A stretch of 64,000 nt of DNA from Candidatus Eiseniibacteriota bacterium (GCA_963707915.1 OY970178.1:3296001-3360000), one strand, 5' to 3'; shown: positions 10,454 to 22,481, numbered from the stretch's first letter. The notes: generated by a model from the letters alone, not told the origin. Numbers and translations are program-made.

Positions 10454-11403
10454 ACGGCCCGGCCGCGCTCCCGGTGCGCACGCTGGATTCGTGCGTGGCC
10501 TGCGGCAGTGCCGCGCTGCGTCCGTTGCCGCTGGTGTACGAGTTCCACGGCAGCTTCCCGCTGGTCGAGTGCGACGACTGCGGGCTGCGCTTCCTGCGCG
10601 TGCAGCCCGCGGGAGAGGGGCTCGCAGCGCTCTACACCGCCGCCTATTTCGAGAGCGACTTCCGCTGCGGCCGCAGCGAGGTGACCTACGCCTCGGAGGA
10701 GGCCTTCCGCGTCGAGAACGAGGGGCTGCTCGACGCCTTCGAGCGGCTCGCGCCGGGGCCGGACCCGGATCTCGCGCCGGTGCCCCCCGCGGGGGCATCC
10801 CGCCGGCTGCTCGAGCTGGGCAGCGCCGGTGGCTGGCTGCTCAAGCACGCGCGCGAGCGCGGCTGGCAGGCCCAGGGCGTCGAGCTCTCCGGCGATGCGG
10901 CGGAGCGCTCGCTCGCGATGGGGCTCGAGGTGTTCCAGGGCGACCTGCTCGCGGCCGCCCTGCCGGCGGACTCGTTCGATCTGGTCTACATGGGCGACGT
11001 GCTCGAGCACGTGCCCGACTGCCGCGCGGTGCTGGTCGAATCGGCGCGCCTGCTCCGGACCGGCGGACATCTCTACCTGCGCGGGCCGATCACCACGAAC
11101 TCGCTCGCGCGCCGGCTCGCCCTCGCGCTCTACGGCGCCGCGGGCCGCACGATCGTCCTGCACGAGCCGCCCTACCACCTCTGGGAATTCACCCCGGGGC
11201 CGCTGGAGCACCTCTTCGCCTCCGCCGGGCTCGAGGTGGTCGTGTCGCGGCAGAGCAAGATCCCGCCCGGCCGGGCGCACGGCGAGAAGTCGCCGTTCCA
11301 GCGGCTGGCGATGGGCGCGGTGGACGCGCTCAACCTGCCGCTGACCCGCCTGCTCAACGCCGCCGGCGACCGCATCGTGATGGTGGGCCGGAAGACGGCC
11401 TGA
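10450..11403 (+). CDS. Class I SAM-dependent methyltransferase with N-terminal Zn ribbon
   Basis: CVACG...CDDCG, LLELGSAGG, GVELS and DVLEHV motifs; GTG overlaps the mnmA stop. Confidence 0.85.
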   Translation: MNGPAALPVRTLDSCVACGSAALRPLPLVYEFHGSFPLVECDDCGLRFLRVQPAGEGLAALYTAAYFESDFRCGRSEVTYASEEAFRVENEGLLDAFERLAPGPDPDLAPVPPAGASRRLLELGSAGGWLLKHARERGWQAQGVELSGDAAERSLAMGLEVFQGDLLAAALPADSFDLVYMGDVLEHVPDCRAVLVESARLLRTGGHLYLRGPITTNSLARRLALALYGAAGRTIVLHEPPYHLWEFTPGPLEHLFASAGLEVVVSRQSKIPPGRAHGEKSPFQRLAMGAVDALNLPLTRLLNAAGDRIVMVGRKTA

Positions 11404-11576
11404 ATCGCCGCCCCGGGCCGTTCTCGTCGCGGACCGCGCGTCCCCCGGACGCGCGAAATCCCGGTTGACAGGGTGCCCGGGCAGGTCAACCATTGTCCTG
11501 TTCGACCTCCGACCGGGTCAACTCCAGAGCGCCGCCGCCGACCATCGGGGGGCGGTGCCGAACCGACAGGTGCGCC

Positions 11577-13454
11577 ATGCGACACGCCCTCCGCATCTTC
11601 CTGCTCACGTTGGCGCTGGTCCTCATCGGGCTGGCGCTGACCCCCAGGGCCGTCCCCGCGCAGGACACCGCCGGCGGCGGCGTCCTGCCGTACACCGAGC
11701 GGATCCAGATCGGGCCGCCGCCGCCGTGCGCAGACTGCCCGCCGCGCATCTGCCCGGGCGAGCCCATCCCGTTCCTGATCGCCGGTTCGTTCCCCAACGG
11801 CTGCTACCGGGTCCGCGGACTCGAGTTGCTGCCCTCGCCCATCGCGGGCCCGGGCCCCGAGCCGCCGGTGGTGCGCGTCCTCGTCGACCATCTCAGCTGC
11901 ACGTTGTGCACGCTGAACGTGCCGCCCTGGTCCGCCGACACGACGCTGCCGGGGCTGCCGCCGGGAACCTACAACCTGATGCTGCAGATGGTGGTCACCA
12001 GCATCTGCGACTCGGTGCGCTCGGACACGACCTTCCGCGCCGGCCGCAGTCTTCACGGTAAAGGACACCTGCGCGGTGGTGCCGGTCGCGCCCTGCGTCA
12101 CGGCCGACTGGGTGCACCCGGGCGCCGGCTGCGACGCCTTCATCCGGCCGGGGGGCCGCGCCGCGGTCACGATGACGATCAACTCGGCCGTCCCGCTGGC
12201 GGGGCTCCAGGGCACGATCGGCGTCTCGCCGCCGGGATTGCTGGTCGCGGGCCTCGCGCCGGTCGGGCGCGCCGAGGGCATGCACATCGCCTGGGAGCGC
12301 ACGCACGGGGGCGCGAAGTTCGTGATGTTCGCCGATCGGGGCGCGCCCATCGGCGGCCTGCGCTGCGAAGCGGGCGCGCGCTGCGAGGAGCCGGTGCTGG
12401 CCGTGAGCCTGCTGCCGGACACCGACGCGGTGGTGCCGCCGGTCACCCACGTCTCGGTTGGGGACCTGCTCGGCTCCGACTCGCTGGGCGGCGCGGTGCC
12501 GCAGTGCCGGATCATGACGCTGGTGGTCGTCGAGGCGCGGGTCTGTGCCGGGCCGTCGTGCGACTTCAACCGGGACGGCCGGCTCGACGTGCGTGACCTC
12601 GTCTCGATGGTCCATTGCGTGCTCGGCAACGGACCGTGCCCCGACAGCTCGCTCGCGCGGGCTCGACTGCAACGGCGACGGGCGGACGAGCGTGGACGAC
12701 GTGTTGTGCTGCGCTCGCTCCATCCTGCACGGCGGCGAGCGCGACACCACGCCCGGACGCCCGGAGCCGGACGTCGCGGTCGAACTCGGCGAGCCGGTGC
12801 AGGAGCCCGACGGCCTGCGTGTGCCCATCCGGGTGCTCGCCGCCGACCGGGTCGGCGCGGCGCGCCTCGCGCTGGCGCTGCCGCTGGACCGCTACGACGT
12901 GACCGGGGTCGAGACCGGCGCCGGCGCGGGCGGGTGGCTCGAGCTGCACGAGGCGGTGGACGGGCGGTTGGTGCTCGGGCTCATCGGCCTGGACGCCGAT
13001 CGGCCGGCCGGAGAGTCGACCACGCTCGACCTCGCGCTGCGCCTCGCCCTCAAGCCCGGGCAGAGCGCGGGCGGCGAGGTCGGGATCGCCGACCTGCAGC
13101 TCTCCGGGCGCGACGGGGTCACGCTCGTGGTCACGGCCCTGCCGGTCGCCGTGCCGCTGCCGGTGCCGGAGTCGCTGGCGCTCTCCGCGGCGCGGCCCAA
13201 CCCGTTCACCCACGAGACCCGCTTCACGCTGAACCTGGAACGCGCCGCCGACGTGGAGTTGGCCGTGCACGACCTGGGCGGACGGCGGGTGGCCACGCTC
13301 CACCGCGGCCCGCTCGGCGCGGGGCCGCACGTCGTTCACCTGGCGCGGCCTGCGCGGCGACGGCTCGGCCGTGGCGAACGGCGTCTACTTCCTGCGGGCG
13401 CGCGTGGACGGGGAGCGGCTGGTCCGCAAGCTGATCCTGCTGCGCGGGAATTGA
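11577..13454 (+). CDS. Secreted protein with dockerin-like repeats and FlgD/T9SS-like C-terminal domain, broken by about 3 frameshifts
   Basis: Signal peptide; DFNRDGRLDVRD and DCNGDGRTSVDD; PNPF...VHDLGGRRVATL...GVYFLRARVDGERLVRKLILLR, spread across several frames. Confidence 0.75.
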
Positions 13455-13560
13455 GCGAACCGGGGGTCCGAACCGGGCGGGGCGCCACCAGGGTGCCCCG
13501 CCCGGTCCGCGTCCGCCGCGTTTGACACCTCCGGGGGCGCTGCCTAGCTTCGGCGGACCC

Positions 13561-14610
13561 ATGGCTCCTGACGCTCCGCTGAACCCGCCTGCGGTCGAGG
13601 TGCGCGGGCTCGCCCGCACGTTCCGCGCCGCGCGCGGCGGCGGCGAGGTCTGCGCGCTCGACGGCGTGGACGTGCGCATCGAGCGCGGCGAGGTCTTCGG
13701 GCTGCTGGGCCCCAACGGCGCCGGCAAGACCACGCTCATCAAGATCCTCACCACGCTGCTGTTCCCGACTTCGCGGCGAGGCGCGCGTCGCCGGGCTTCG
13801 ACGTCGTCCGCGACGCCCAGGAGGTGCGCAAGCGCATCGGGCTGGTCTCGGGCGGCGAGATCGAGCGGCTACGGCATCCTGACCGTGCGCGAGTGCCTGT
13901 GGATGTTCTCGCAGTTCTACGGCGTGCCCGGCGCGGTCGCCGGGCCGCGCATCGACGCGCTCATCGAGACCGCGGGGCTCGCGCGAGCAGGCCCGCACCC
14001 GCATCAACCGGCTCTCGACCGGGCAGCGCCAGCGCATGAACTTCGCGCGCGGCTTCGTCAGCGACCCCGAGGTGGTGTTCCTCGACGAGCCCACGCTCGG
14101 CATGGACGTGAACGCCGCCCGCGCGATGCGCGAGTACGTGGCGCGCTGGGTGCGCGAGCGGCCCGGCCGCACCGTGCTGCTCACCACGCACTACATGGCG
14201 CGAGGCCGAGGAGCTGTGCGACCGCATCGCCATCATCGACCGCGGCCGGCGTGCTGGCCTGCGACTCGTTCGCCGGGCTCCGGCGCCTGGTCGAGGGCGG
14301 GCAGCACGTCGAGCTCGAGGTGCGCGCGGGCGACGGCGGCACGCCCGCCCTGGCGTCGCTGGCCGGCGCGCCGCCGGCCTGGGGCGCGCCGCATCCCGAG
14401 CGCGGCACGCGCGCGCTCAAGTTCCGGCTGCCGCCCGGCGGCTCGCTCGCCGACGTGCTGCGCGAGCTCGAGGCGGGCGGCGCGCGGGTGGAGGCCATCG
14501 CGACGCGCGAGACCTCGCTCGAGGACGTGTTCGTCGCCCTGGTGGGCCGCGGCCTCGAGGAGTCGGACGAGCCCGGGGCCGACGGGGCCGCCCCCGCCGG
14601 GGCGCCGTGA
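13561..14610 (+). CDS. ABC transporter ATP-binding protein (frameshifted)
   Basis: GPNGAGKTT, LSTGQRQR, FLDEPTLG and LTTHYM motifs in different frames. Confidence 0.85.
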   Translation: MAPDAPLNPPAVEVRGLARTFRAARGGGEVCALDGVDVRIERGEVFGLLGPNGAGKTTLIKILTTLLFPTSRRGARRRASTSSATPRRCASASGWSRAARSSGYGILTVRECLWMFSQFYGVPGAVAGPRIDALIETAGLARAGPHPHQPALDRAAPAHELRARLRQRPRGGVPRRAHARHGRERRPRDARVRGALGARAARPHRAAHHALHGARPRSCATASPSSTAAGVLACDSFAGLRRLVEGGQHVELEVRAGDGGTPALASLAGAPPAWGAPHPERGTRALKFRLPPGGSLADVLRELEAGGARVEAIATRETSLEDVFVALVGRGLEESDEPGADGAAPAGAP

Positions 14611-15419
14611 GCGCGCTGGCGCTCAACCTGCGCGCGACCTGGGGGCGCGCCTACGGGCGGCTGGTCGGGGCGTTCCGCGAGCCCACCTGGCTCATCACCG
14701 ACGCCATCCTGCCGAACCTCGGCATGCTCGCCTTCGTCATGCTCTACCGCGCGCTGGGCGCGCCGCGCTCGTTCGAGGCGCTGGCCGTGGTGGGCGGGCT
14801 GCTCGCCACCTACTGGATCAACGTGCTGTGGGGCATGGGCGCGCAGTTCTACTGGGAGAAGCAGAGCGGGCAGCTGCAGCTCTACTTCGTCGCGCCCTGC
14901 TCGCGCATGGCCATCCTCTCGGGCATGGCGCTCGGCGGCTTCCTGCTGACCACGGCGCGCCTGGCGTTCGGCCTGTTCCTCGGCTTCGTGGTGATGGGCG
15001 TGCAGGTCGGGCCCTTCAGCCTGTCCGCGCTGCTCGGCGTGTTCGCGCTCACCATGGTGGCGCTCTACGCGCTGGGCATGGTGATGGCCTCGCTGTTCCT
15101 GCTCTGGGGGCGCGAGGCCTACCACCTGAGCAACGCGCTCTACCAGCCCGTCCAGTTCCTCTCCGGGCTCTACTTCCCGCTCCGCACGCTCGGGCCGCTG
15201 GGCATCGTCGCCGCCGGCCTCGTGCCGCTCGGGCTCGGCGTGGACGCGCTGCGCCAGGTGCTGCTCGGCGCCGGAGCCCACGCGCTGATGCCGCTGCGTC
15301 TCGAGGTGGCGCTGCTGGTCGTGCTGGGCGCGGCCTTCCTGTGGCTCGCGCGCGTGGCGCTCGCCCACCTCGAGTCGCTCGCCAAGCGCGAGGGGCGGCT
15401 GACGCAGAGGTGGCAATGA
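14607..15419 (+). CDS. ABC-2 type transporter permease
   Basis: About 6 TM segments, EKQSGQL, LSGLYFP. Confidence 0.85.
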   Translation: MSALALNLRATWGRAYGRLVGAFREPTWLITDAILPNLGMLAFVMLYRALGAPRSFEALAVVGGLLATYWINVLWGMGAQFYWEKQSGQLQLYFVAPCSRMAILSGMALGGFLLTTARLAFGLFLGFVVMGVQVGPFSLSALLGVFALTMVALYALGMVMASLFLLWGREAYHLSNALYQPVQFLSGLYFPLRTLGPLGIVAAGLVPLGLGVDALRQVLLGAGAHALMPLRLEVALLVVLGAAFLWLARVALAHLESLAKREGRLTQRWQ

Positions 15420-15476
15420 AGGCGCGGTGGGTGGCGGGCCGGCGCGCGGGTCGGGCGACCCGGGGGAGGTGCTTCG

Positions 15477-16319
15477 ATGAGGGTGCTGGTCGCCCGCCTG
15501 CGGGCCTCGGCCTGGCTGGGGCTGCAGATCGAGTCCAACTGGACCGACCCGTTCCTGTTCACCGCCTACGCCATCACCCACCCGCTCGCCACCGCGCTGA
15601 TCCTGGCCGGCATGTACTGGGCCGTGGGGACGACCGCGCACGGCGCCGACACCTTCCGCGGCCTCTACCTGGGCAGCGCGTTCCACAACTACGTGGTCAT
15701 GGTGCTGGTCGGCATGGGCTGGATGATCGTCGAGGAGCGCGAGGAGTTCGAGACCCTCAAGTACGTCTACACCTCGCCGATCGGCATGTTCAACTACCTC
15801 GCCGGACGCTCGCTGGTGAAGCTGGCGCTCGCCACGCTCAGCACCGTGCTCACGCTGGCGGTGGGCTGGTTCCTGGTGGGGCTGCGTTGGGACTGGGCGG
15901 CGGTCCACTGGCTGCCGCTGGTCGCCGCGCTCGGGCTCGGCGTGTTCGCCACCGTCTCGCTCGGCTTCTTCGTCGCCGGCTTCGCCATGGTCATGCCGCG
16001 CGCGGCATTCACGCTGAACGACGGCATCGCCGTGGCGCTCTACCTGCTGTGCGGCGTCATCTTCCCCGTGGACCTGCTGCCGCGCGCGCTGCAGTGGGTC
16101 GCGCTCGCCCTGCCGTTCACCTGGTGGTACGAGGCGCTGCGCCGCTTCCTGCTGGGCCACGGCTCCAGCGCGTTGCTCAACGCGTGGTCGGACACCGCGC
16201 TGATGCTGTGGCTGTTCGCCACCACGCTGGTCTTCAGCGTGGCCGCCCACCTGGCCTACCTCGCCCTCGAGCGCCGCGCCCGCCAACTCGGGCGGCTGGA
16301 CCAGACGACGCTGTTCTGA
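15477..16319 (+). CDS. ABC-2 type transporter permease
   Basis: About 6 TM segments, EREEFETL, LCGVIFPVDLLP. Confidence 0.85.
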   Translation: MRVLVARLRASAWLGLQIESNWTDPFLFTAYAITHPLATALILAGMYWAVGTTAHGADTFRGLYLGSAFHNYVVMVLVGMGWMIVEEREEFETLKYVYTSPIGMFNYLAGRSLVKLALATLSTVLTLAVGWFLVGLRWDWAAVHWLPLVAALGLGVFATVSLGFFVAGFAMVMPRAAFTLNDGIAVALYLLCGVIFPVDLLPRALQWVALALPFTWWYEALRRFLLGHGSSALLNAWSDTALMLWLFATTLVFSVAAHLAYLALERRARQLGRLDQTTLF

Positions 16320-16544
16320 GACAGGGTGCTGTCCGATAGCGACGGTGTGAGATTCGTCATTGACGTCCAGCGCGTCGAGAGTAGACTGCGGCGTATCTCA
16401 TTCATGGGCAGAGGCCGCATTGTGTTGGATATCGGCCCTCGCCACTGCCGGTACTGGCCCTCTATCAGCCACAGCCGTCAAGACCACTCCATTGTTGCGC
16501 CGCCGATGTCATTGAGTCATCGCATCAAACCGGGAGGATTCCAA

Positions 16545-19500
16545 ATGGGCCGCGCTAGCCGTAGGGCATTCCGTGCGTTGAGGCTGCCGGGACAGCTGCT
16601 GCTGGTCGCCATCGCCATGATTCTGACGGCCCCAGCGACGCAGGCTGCGGAAACTGACTATACATGGCTGTTCAATGGGTCAACGAACGGTTGGACCGCT
16701 TCGTCCGGCACTAGCGTTAGCAGTGCTGGTGGTAGCCTTCACGTGGTGTTCGCGACCGGCGGGGGTATCTACACGCCGGTCATCAACTACATCCCCGGGC
16801 AGGACACCTACCACCGTGACTACGTCCGCTTCGGCTATCAGATTGTGAGCGGCATGGTCGGACGGCTGCAATTCAACTTCTCTACGGACACACGGCCGAA
16901 TTTCAGTTCTACAAGCCGCGACCTCTCAGGATTGATCCGTGATGGCGGTTGGCACTACGTCACTTTCCGGGTCGATGACATCGGAGACTGGTCCGGCAGC
17001 AATCGGATCACGCAGATGCGCTTCGTGGCAATCGGCTCAGGTGGCGGGGGTGCCAGCGGCACGATGAACTTCGACTTCATGGCGCTGCGCGAAGACGACA
17101 AGCTGCCCCAGACCTATAGCTGTCCCCGTGGCACCGACATTGTCTCGGTATCGCCGGCGGGGTGGACGAACGGGCCCATCACGGTGACGGTCAGGGGAAA
17201 CGACCCCGGGCCGTACCTCTTTCCTGAGTGTGGACCCACGCCTCCTGATCAGTACGGCTCGGGCGTGGCTGTCTTCCGCTATGCTGTGAACGGCAGTTGG
17301 GCGGGAGTTGACTACAATGACCAGGACAGCCAGTGGCCGACTGGGTGGTCGCAGGCGTCGATCGAGGTGCCCCCCGGCAGCATGCGGGTGGGAGCGAATG
17401 CCTTTCTGGTGCACGCAAACGACCGCGTCGGCTTCCAGGCCACTTCATCCACATCTGCCACGCTCTATTACGATCCCACCCCCCCCGTAATCAGTGATGC
17501 CGGTACGTCGGGCCCGGGCACCTATAGCTCCAATGCGACAGTGACCTTCTCGCTTGACGACGAGGGCCGCAGCGGAGTGCAGGGCTACAGCGTCACGTGG
17601 GACAACTCGAGTCGCCCGGGAGCGCCCGCAGTCCTTGCGAGTTACGGTTCGGTCAGCATCGGTGATGGTGGTGCGCCCTACTCAAGTCATGCGCTCTACG
17701 TCCATGGTTACGACAACCTCGGGAATGCAACTACCAAGTACATGGGATCCTGGACGTACGTGCCGCCGCACTCGATCCTGGCAACCGCGGGGGCCAACGG
17801 TTCGATATCGCCAAGCGGGACCATCACCGTCGGCCACGGTGCGAGCCAGACCTTCACGATTACTCCCAGCGCCTGCTATCGCATCTCCGACGTGGTCGTG
17901 GACGGTGCGTCGGTGGGGGCGGTGAGCAGCTACACCTTCAGCAATGTTCAGAGCAACCGCAGCATCTCGGCGTACTTCGCGCTGAACACCTACGCAATTA
18001 GCGCCTCGGCCGGCGCAGGTGGCTCGATCAGTCCGGGCTCGGGGTCGGTGAACTGCGGATCGAGTCCGACCTACACGATCACTCCAAGCGCCTGCTATCG
18101 CATCGCCGACGTGGTCGTGGACGGTGCGTCGGTGGGGGCGGTGAGCAGCTACACCTTCAGTAACGTCCAGGCGAGCCACAGCATCTCGGCGAGCTTCGCG
18201 ATCACCACCTACACGATCAGCGCTTCCGCCGGCGCGGGGGGCTCGATCAGCCCGGGCTCCGTGTCGGTGAATTGCGGGTCGAGCCAGACCTTCACGATCG
18301 CTCCGAATGCCTGCTGTCGCATCGCCGACGTGGTCGTGGACGGATCGTCGGTGGGGACGGTAGGCAGCTACACGTTCACCAACGTCCAGTCCGGCCACAG
18401 CATCGCTGCGAGTTTCGCAGACGCGACCGCGCCCGACGTGCATGTGCTTTACCCGAACGGTGGCGAGAGCCTGGTCGCCGGCTCAATGGCCATGCTGACC
18501 TGGGTCGCGATCGACTCGGCCGGCGTGACCGGCGTGGACCTCTACCTCTCTCGCGGCGGACCGTCGGGGACCTTCACGCCACTGGTTGCCGGAATCCCCA
18601 ACAGCGGCACCGTTGGGTGGATGGTCACGGGGCCGGCGAGCAGCGACTGCTACCTGAAGGTGGTCGCGCACGACGCCAACGGGAATACGGGCGAGGACCG
18701 CAGCGACATGGCCTTTGCGATCGCGGTGGTCCGTGACAGCATCGTCTGGTGTCCGGAGCAACGCATCACCAGCGACACGCCGCACTCCGAGGCCCCCGAC
18801 CTGGCGGCGACCGCCTCCGGGGTCCATGTCGTTTGGCAGGAGAAGGCCGAGGGCGACACGGACTTCGGCGTGCGCTTCAGCAGCGGAGCGCGGCAGTGGC
18901 CGGCGGACACCCTGCTCTGGCAGTCGGCGCTCGCGCTCTCCGGGGCACCCTCGAGCCACAGTCCGAGCATCGCCGTCGATTCACAGGACAGGCTCCACGT
19001 CGTCTGGGTGCGCGACGAAGAGCCGGCGACCGAGGAGGTCTACTACCGCAGGTGGAACGGGACCTGGAGTGAGCCCGAGTGTCTGCGGACTGGGCAGAAC
19101 CCCGTGCAGCACCCCTCGGTCATGGTCGACGGCGCCGCCGACGTGCACGTGATGTGGTCGGAGTCCGTGCTGGGCCAGGGCACGATCTACCACAAGCGCT
19201 GGCACTCCGCGTGGGTGCCGGAGGAAGTCGTCTCTGCGGGGACCGGCCAGGCCGATCCGGACCTTGCGGCGGATCCGCAGAACCGGCTGCACGCCGTCTG
19301 GCTGAGCAGCGGGGGGGACGGCCCCGGTGTCTACTACAAGTCCTGGGACACCGCGTGGGGAGACGAGGGTCGCGTGAACGCCATACCGGTTGCTGCCGAG
19401 TCGCCGGCGGTCACCGTCGATGCCGTCGGCCGGATCCACGTCGTGTGGTCAGATTCGCGTACCGGCCATCCGGAGGTCTACTACCGCTCAGGCAACGGTA

Positions 19501-20375
19501 CCACCTGGGACGCCGAATTCGCCGTGAGTCCGCTCGATGCGAACAACTCGGTGACACCCGAGATCGGCGTGGATGGGGCGGGCCGCATCCACGTCGTCTG
19601 GAGCGACACGCGCGACGGCAACCCCGAGATCTACCACCGCATCTGGGATGGCGCCTGGCTGCCCGCCGTGCGGGTCACGGACGCCGGCGGGAACTCCTCG
19701 GTTCCTCGAATCGTGTGCAGCGGCGACTACCTCTACCTGGCCTGGACCGACGAACGCCACGGCCATCCCGAGATCTACTGGCGCAAAGGCACGGTCTGCC
19801 CGAACGGCAACTGCGAGGCGCAGCCCACGCCGACACTGGCCTCGCTCGCGGAGTCGCGCGTCGAGGGCGATCGCGTGCTGCTGCGCTGGTACGTCAGCGG
19901 CGCCAAGCGCGGGAGCGCGGTCGTGTACCGGCAGGCCCCAGGCAAGGAATGGACGAGTCTCGGCGAGCGGAGTCCGGATGGTACCGGCTACCTGGCGTTC
20001 GAGGATGTCGGGGTCACGGCCGGGCTTCGCTACGGATACCGCCTGGGGCTGCGCACGGCGGAGGGAGAGGTGATCGCCGGGGAGACCTGGGTGGATGTGC
20101 CAGCGCTCGGCTTTGCGCTGCAGGGTGTGCGCCCGAATCCGGCCGAGGGCGTGGTGTTGTCGGTGCACTTCACCCTGCCCGACGCGGCACCCGCATCACT
20201 GGCGTTGTACGACGTGTCGGGGCGGCAGATACAGAAGCTCGACGTGGGCTCGCTCGGCGCGGGTGCCCACGTGGTAGAGCTGAGGCCGCATTCCTCACTG
20301 GCCGCCGGAGTCTACCTCCTGCGACTGTCGCAGGGCCCGCGCGCGGCGACCCAGAGAGTCGCGTTGGTCAGATAG
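16545..20375 (+). CDS. Large secreted multidomain protein (carbohydrate-binding-like N-terminus, three InlB-B/Flg_new-like repeats, beta-propeller, T9SS/FlgD-like CTD)
   Basis: GGAGGA RBS, signal peptide, 3x AGAGGSISP..DVVVDG..YTFSNV repeats, HVVW repeats, PNP...LYDVSGR...AGVYLLRL. Confidence 0.85.
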   Translation: MGRASRRAFRALRLPGQLLLVAIAMILTAPATQAAETDYTWLFNGSTNGWTASSGTSVSSAGGSLHVVFATGGGIYTPVINYIPGQDTYHRDYVRFGYQIVSGMVGRLQFNFSTDTRPNFSSTSRDLSGLIRDGGWHYVTFRVDDIGDWSGSNRITQMRFVAIGSGGGGASGTMNFDFMALREDDKLPQTYSCPRGTDIVSVSPAGWTNGPITVTVRGNDPGPYLFPECGPTPPDQYGSGVAVFRYAVNGSWAGVDYNDQDSQWPTGWSQASIEVPPGSMRVGANAFLVHANDRVGFQATSSTSATLYYDPTPPVISDAGTSGPGTYSSNATVTFSLDDEGRSGVQGYSVTWDNSSRPGAPAVLASYGSVSIGDGGAPYSSHALYVHGYDNLGNATTKYMGSWTYVPPHSILATAGANGSISPSGTITVGHGASQTFTITPSACYRISDVVVDGASVGAVSSYTFSNVQSNRSISAYFALNTYAISASAGAGGSISPGSGSVNCGSSPTYTITPSACYRIADVVVDGASVGAVSSYTFSNVQASHSISASFAITTYTISASAGAGGSISPGSVSVNCGSSQTFTIAPNACCRIADVVVDGSSVGTVGSYTFTNVQSGHSIAASFADATAPDVHVLYPNGGESLVAGSMAMLTWVAIDSAGVTGVDLYLSRGGPSGTFTPLVAGIPNSGTVGWMVTGPASSDCYLKVVAHDANGNTGEDRSDMAFAIAVVRDSIVWCPEQRITSDTPHSEAPDLAATASGVHVVWQEKAEGDTDFGVRFSSGARQWPADTLLWQSALALSGAPSSHSPSIAVDSQDRLHVVWVRDEEPATEEVYYRRWNGTWSEPECLRTGQNPVQHPSVMVDGAADVHVMWSESVLGQGTIYHKRWHSAWVPEEVVSAGTGQADPDLAADPQNRLHAVWLSSGGDGPGVYYKSWDTAWGDEGRVNAIPVAAESPAVTVDAVGRIHVVWSDSRTGHPEVYYRSGNGTTWDAEFAVSPLDANNSVTPEIGVDGAGRIHVVWSDTRDGNPEIYHRIWDGAWLPAVRVTDAGGNSSVPRIVCSGDYLYLAWTDERHGHPEIYWRKGTVCPNGNCEAQPTPTLASLAESRVEGDRVLLRWYVSGAKRGSAVVYRQAPGKEWTSLGERSPDGTGYLAFEDVGVTAGLRYGYRLGLRTAEGEVIAGETWVDVPALGFALQGVRPNPAEGVVLSVHFTLPDAAPASLALYDVSGRQIQKLDVGSLGAGAHVVELRPHSSLAAGVYLLRLSQGPRAATQRVALVR
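17770..18420 (+). repeat. Three tandem ~73-codon intragenic repeats
   Basis: Near-identical DNA, e.g. GCCTGCTATCGCATC.CCGACGTGGTCGTGGACGGTGCGTCGGTGGGGGCGGTGAGCAGCTACACCTTCAG at ~17870 and ~18089. Confidence 0.85.
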
Positions 20376-20391
20376 CGCGTCGTCTGGAGTG

Positions 20392-20431
20392 GAGGGAGGC
20401 GGCCGGATGGCGACACCTGGCCGCCTCCCTC
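20392..20431 (+). terminator. Probable terminator hairpin
   Basis: GAGGGAGGCGGCC...GGCCGCCTCCCTC just after the stop codon. Confidence 0.55.
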
Positions 20432-20659
20432 TCGAATCCGCCGCTTGCGATGCTCATCTGCTCACCAACGCCTGTGGTGTGCCAACGTGGGAGCCCGCCG
20501 GCGGGCCTCGGGATCGCCGTGCCCCGCGAGCGGAACTCGGGCGAGGATCCGGGAGGGGAATCCGGCGTGTCGCGACGGGTGGCAAGAGAGCACAATCAAG
20601 GCGCTGATTCCCTTGCGGGGACCTGCCGCTCAGGGCCTTCGCAACGGCGGTCAAGCGGC

Positions 20660-20919
20660 TGGCGGGCTTCCGGTTCCACGCCCGCCAGCCGCGCCTCCCG
20701 TTCGCTTGCACGCGGCTGGAGCGGGGTGGTAGCTTAGCCGCCCTGCAAGCCGTCCTGGGACACTCCACGATCGTCACAACGCAGCGGTACGCGCGACTAT
20801 CGGACGAGCACGTCTGGGCGGAGGCAGAGCGGATAGGCGGACGTTCGGTAGCAGATTCGGTAGCACGCAGGTTCGCAAGCGACTCTCAGGACACCCGCAA
20901 GATAGCAGCGGCCAGGTAG
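20660..20919 (+). pseudogene. Tyrosine integrase C-terminal remnant
   Basis: Manual translation FACTRLERGGSLAALQAVLGHSTIVTTQRYARLSDE (box II H...Y); stops 2 bp before tRNA-Ser. Confidence 0.8.
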
Positions 20920-20921
20920 TT

Positions 20922-21007
20922 GGAGGGATGGCCGAGTGGTTGAAGGCGGCGGTCTTGAAAACCGCTGAGCGAAAGCTCCGTGGGTTCGAATCCTACTCCC
21001 TCCGCCA
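20922..21007 (+). tRNA. tRNA-Ser (TGA)
   Basis: Cloverleaf with GCGGT-CTTGAAA-ACCGC anticodon arm, long variable arm, GTTCGAATC, GCCA end. Confidence 0.95.
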
Positions 21008-21014
21008 GTTGTCT

Positions 21015-21106
21015 GGAGAGGTGGCCGAGTGGCTGAAGGCAGCCGCCTGCTAAGCGGTTGACTGGGTAAAACCGGTCCGGAGGTTCGAATCCTCTCCTCT
21101 CCGCCA
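21015..21106 (+). tRNA. tRNA-Ser (GCT)
   Basis: GCCGC-CTGCTAA-GCGGT anticodon arm, long variable arm, CCA end. Confidence 0.95.
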
Positions 21107-21129
21107 GTAACGGGTACAGCAGCAAGCGT

Positions 21130-21206
21130 GCGCCCTTAGCTCAATTGGATAGAGCATCTGACTACGGATCAGAAGGTTGGGGGTTCAAATCCTCCAGGGC
21201 GCGCCA
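21130..21206 (+). tRNA. tRNA-Arg (ACG)
   Basis: TCTGA-CTACGGA-TCAGA anticodon arm, GTTCAAATC, CCA end. Confidence 0.95.
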
Positions 21207-21224
21207 TCCTACCTGTGGGCCTGA

Positions 21225-22481
<1,257 letters not shown>

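Noticed and set aside
7756..11403. 1215-aa IscS-methyltransferase fusion ORF, or an IscS-MnmA fusion
   Set aside because: Produced by indels at the iscS 3' end. The middle reads as off-frame mnmA, and each gene has its own GTGA-overlap start.
11463..11491. GGTTGAC-N15-GTCAACC inverted repeat
   Set aside because: Spacing does not fit an Fnr box. It may simply include a -35 TTGACA; insufficient support.
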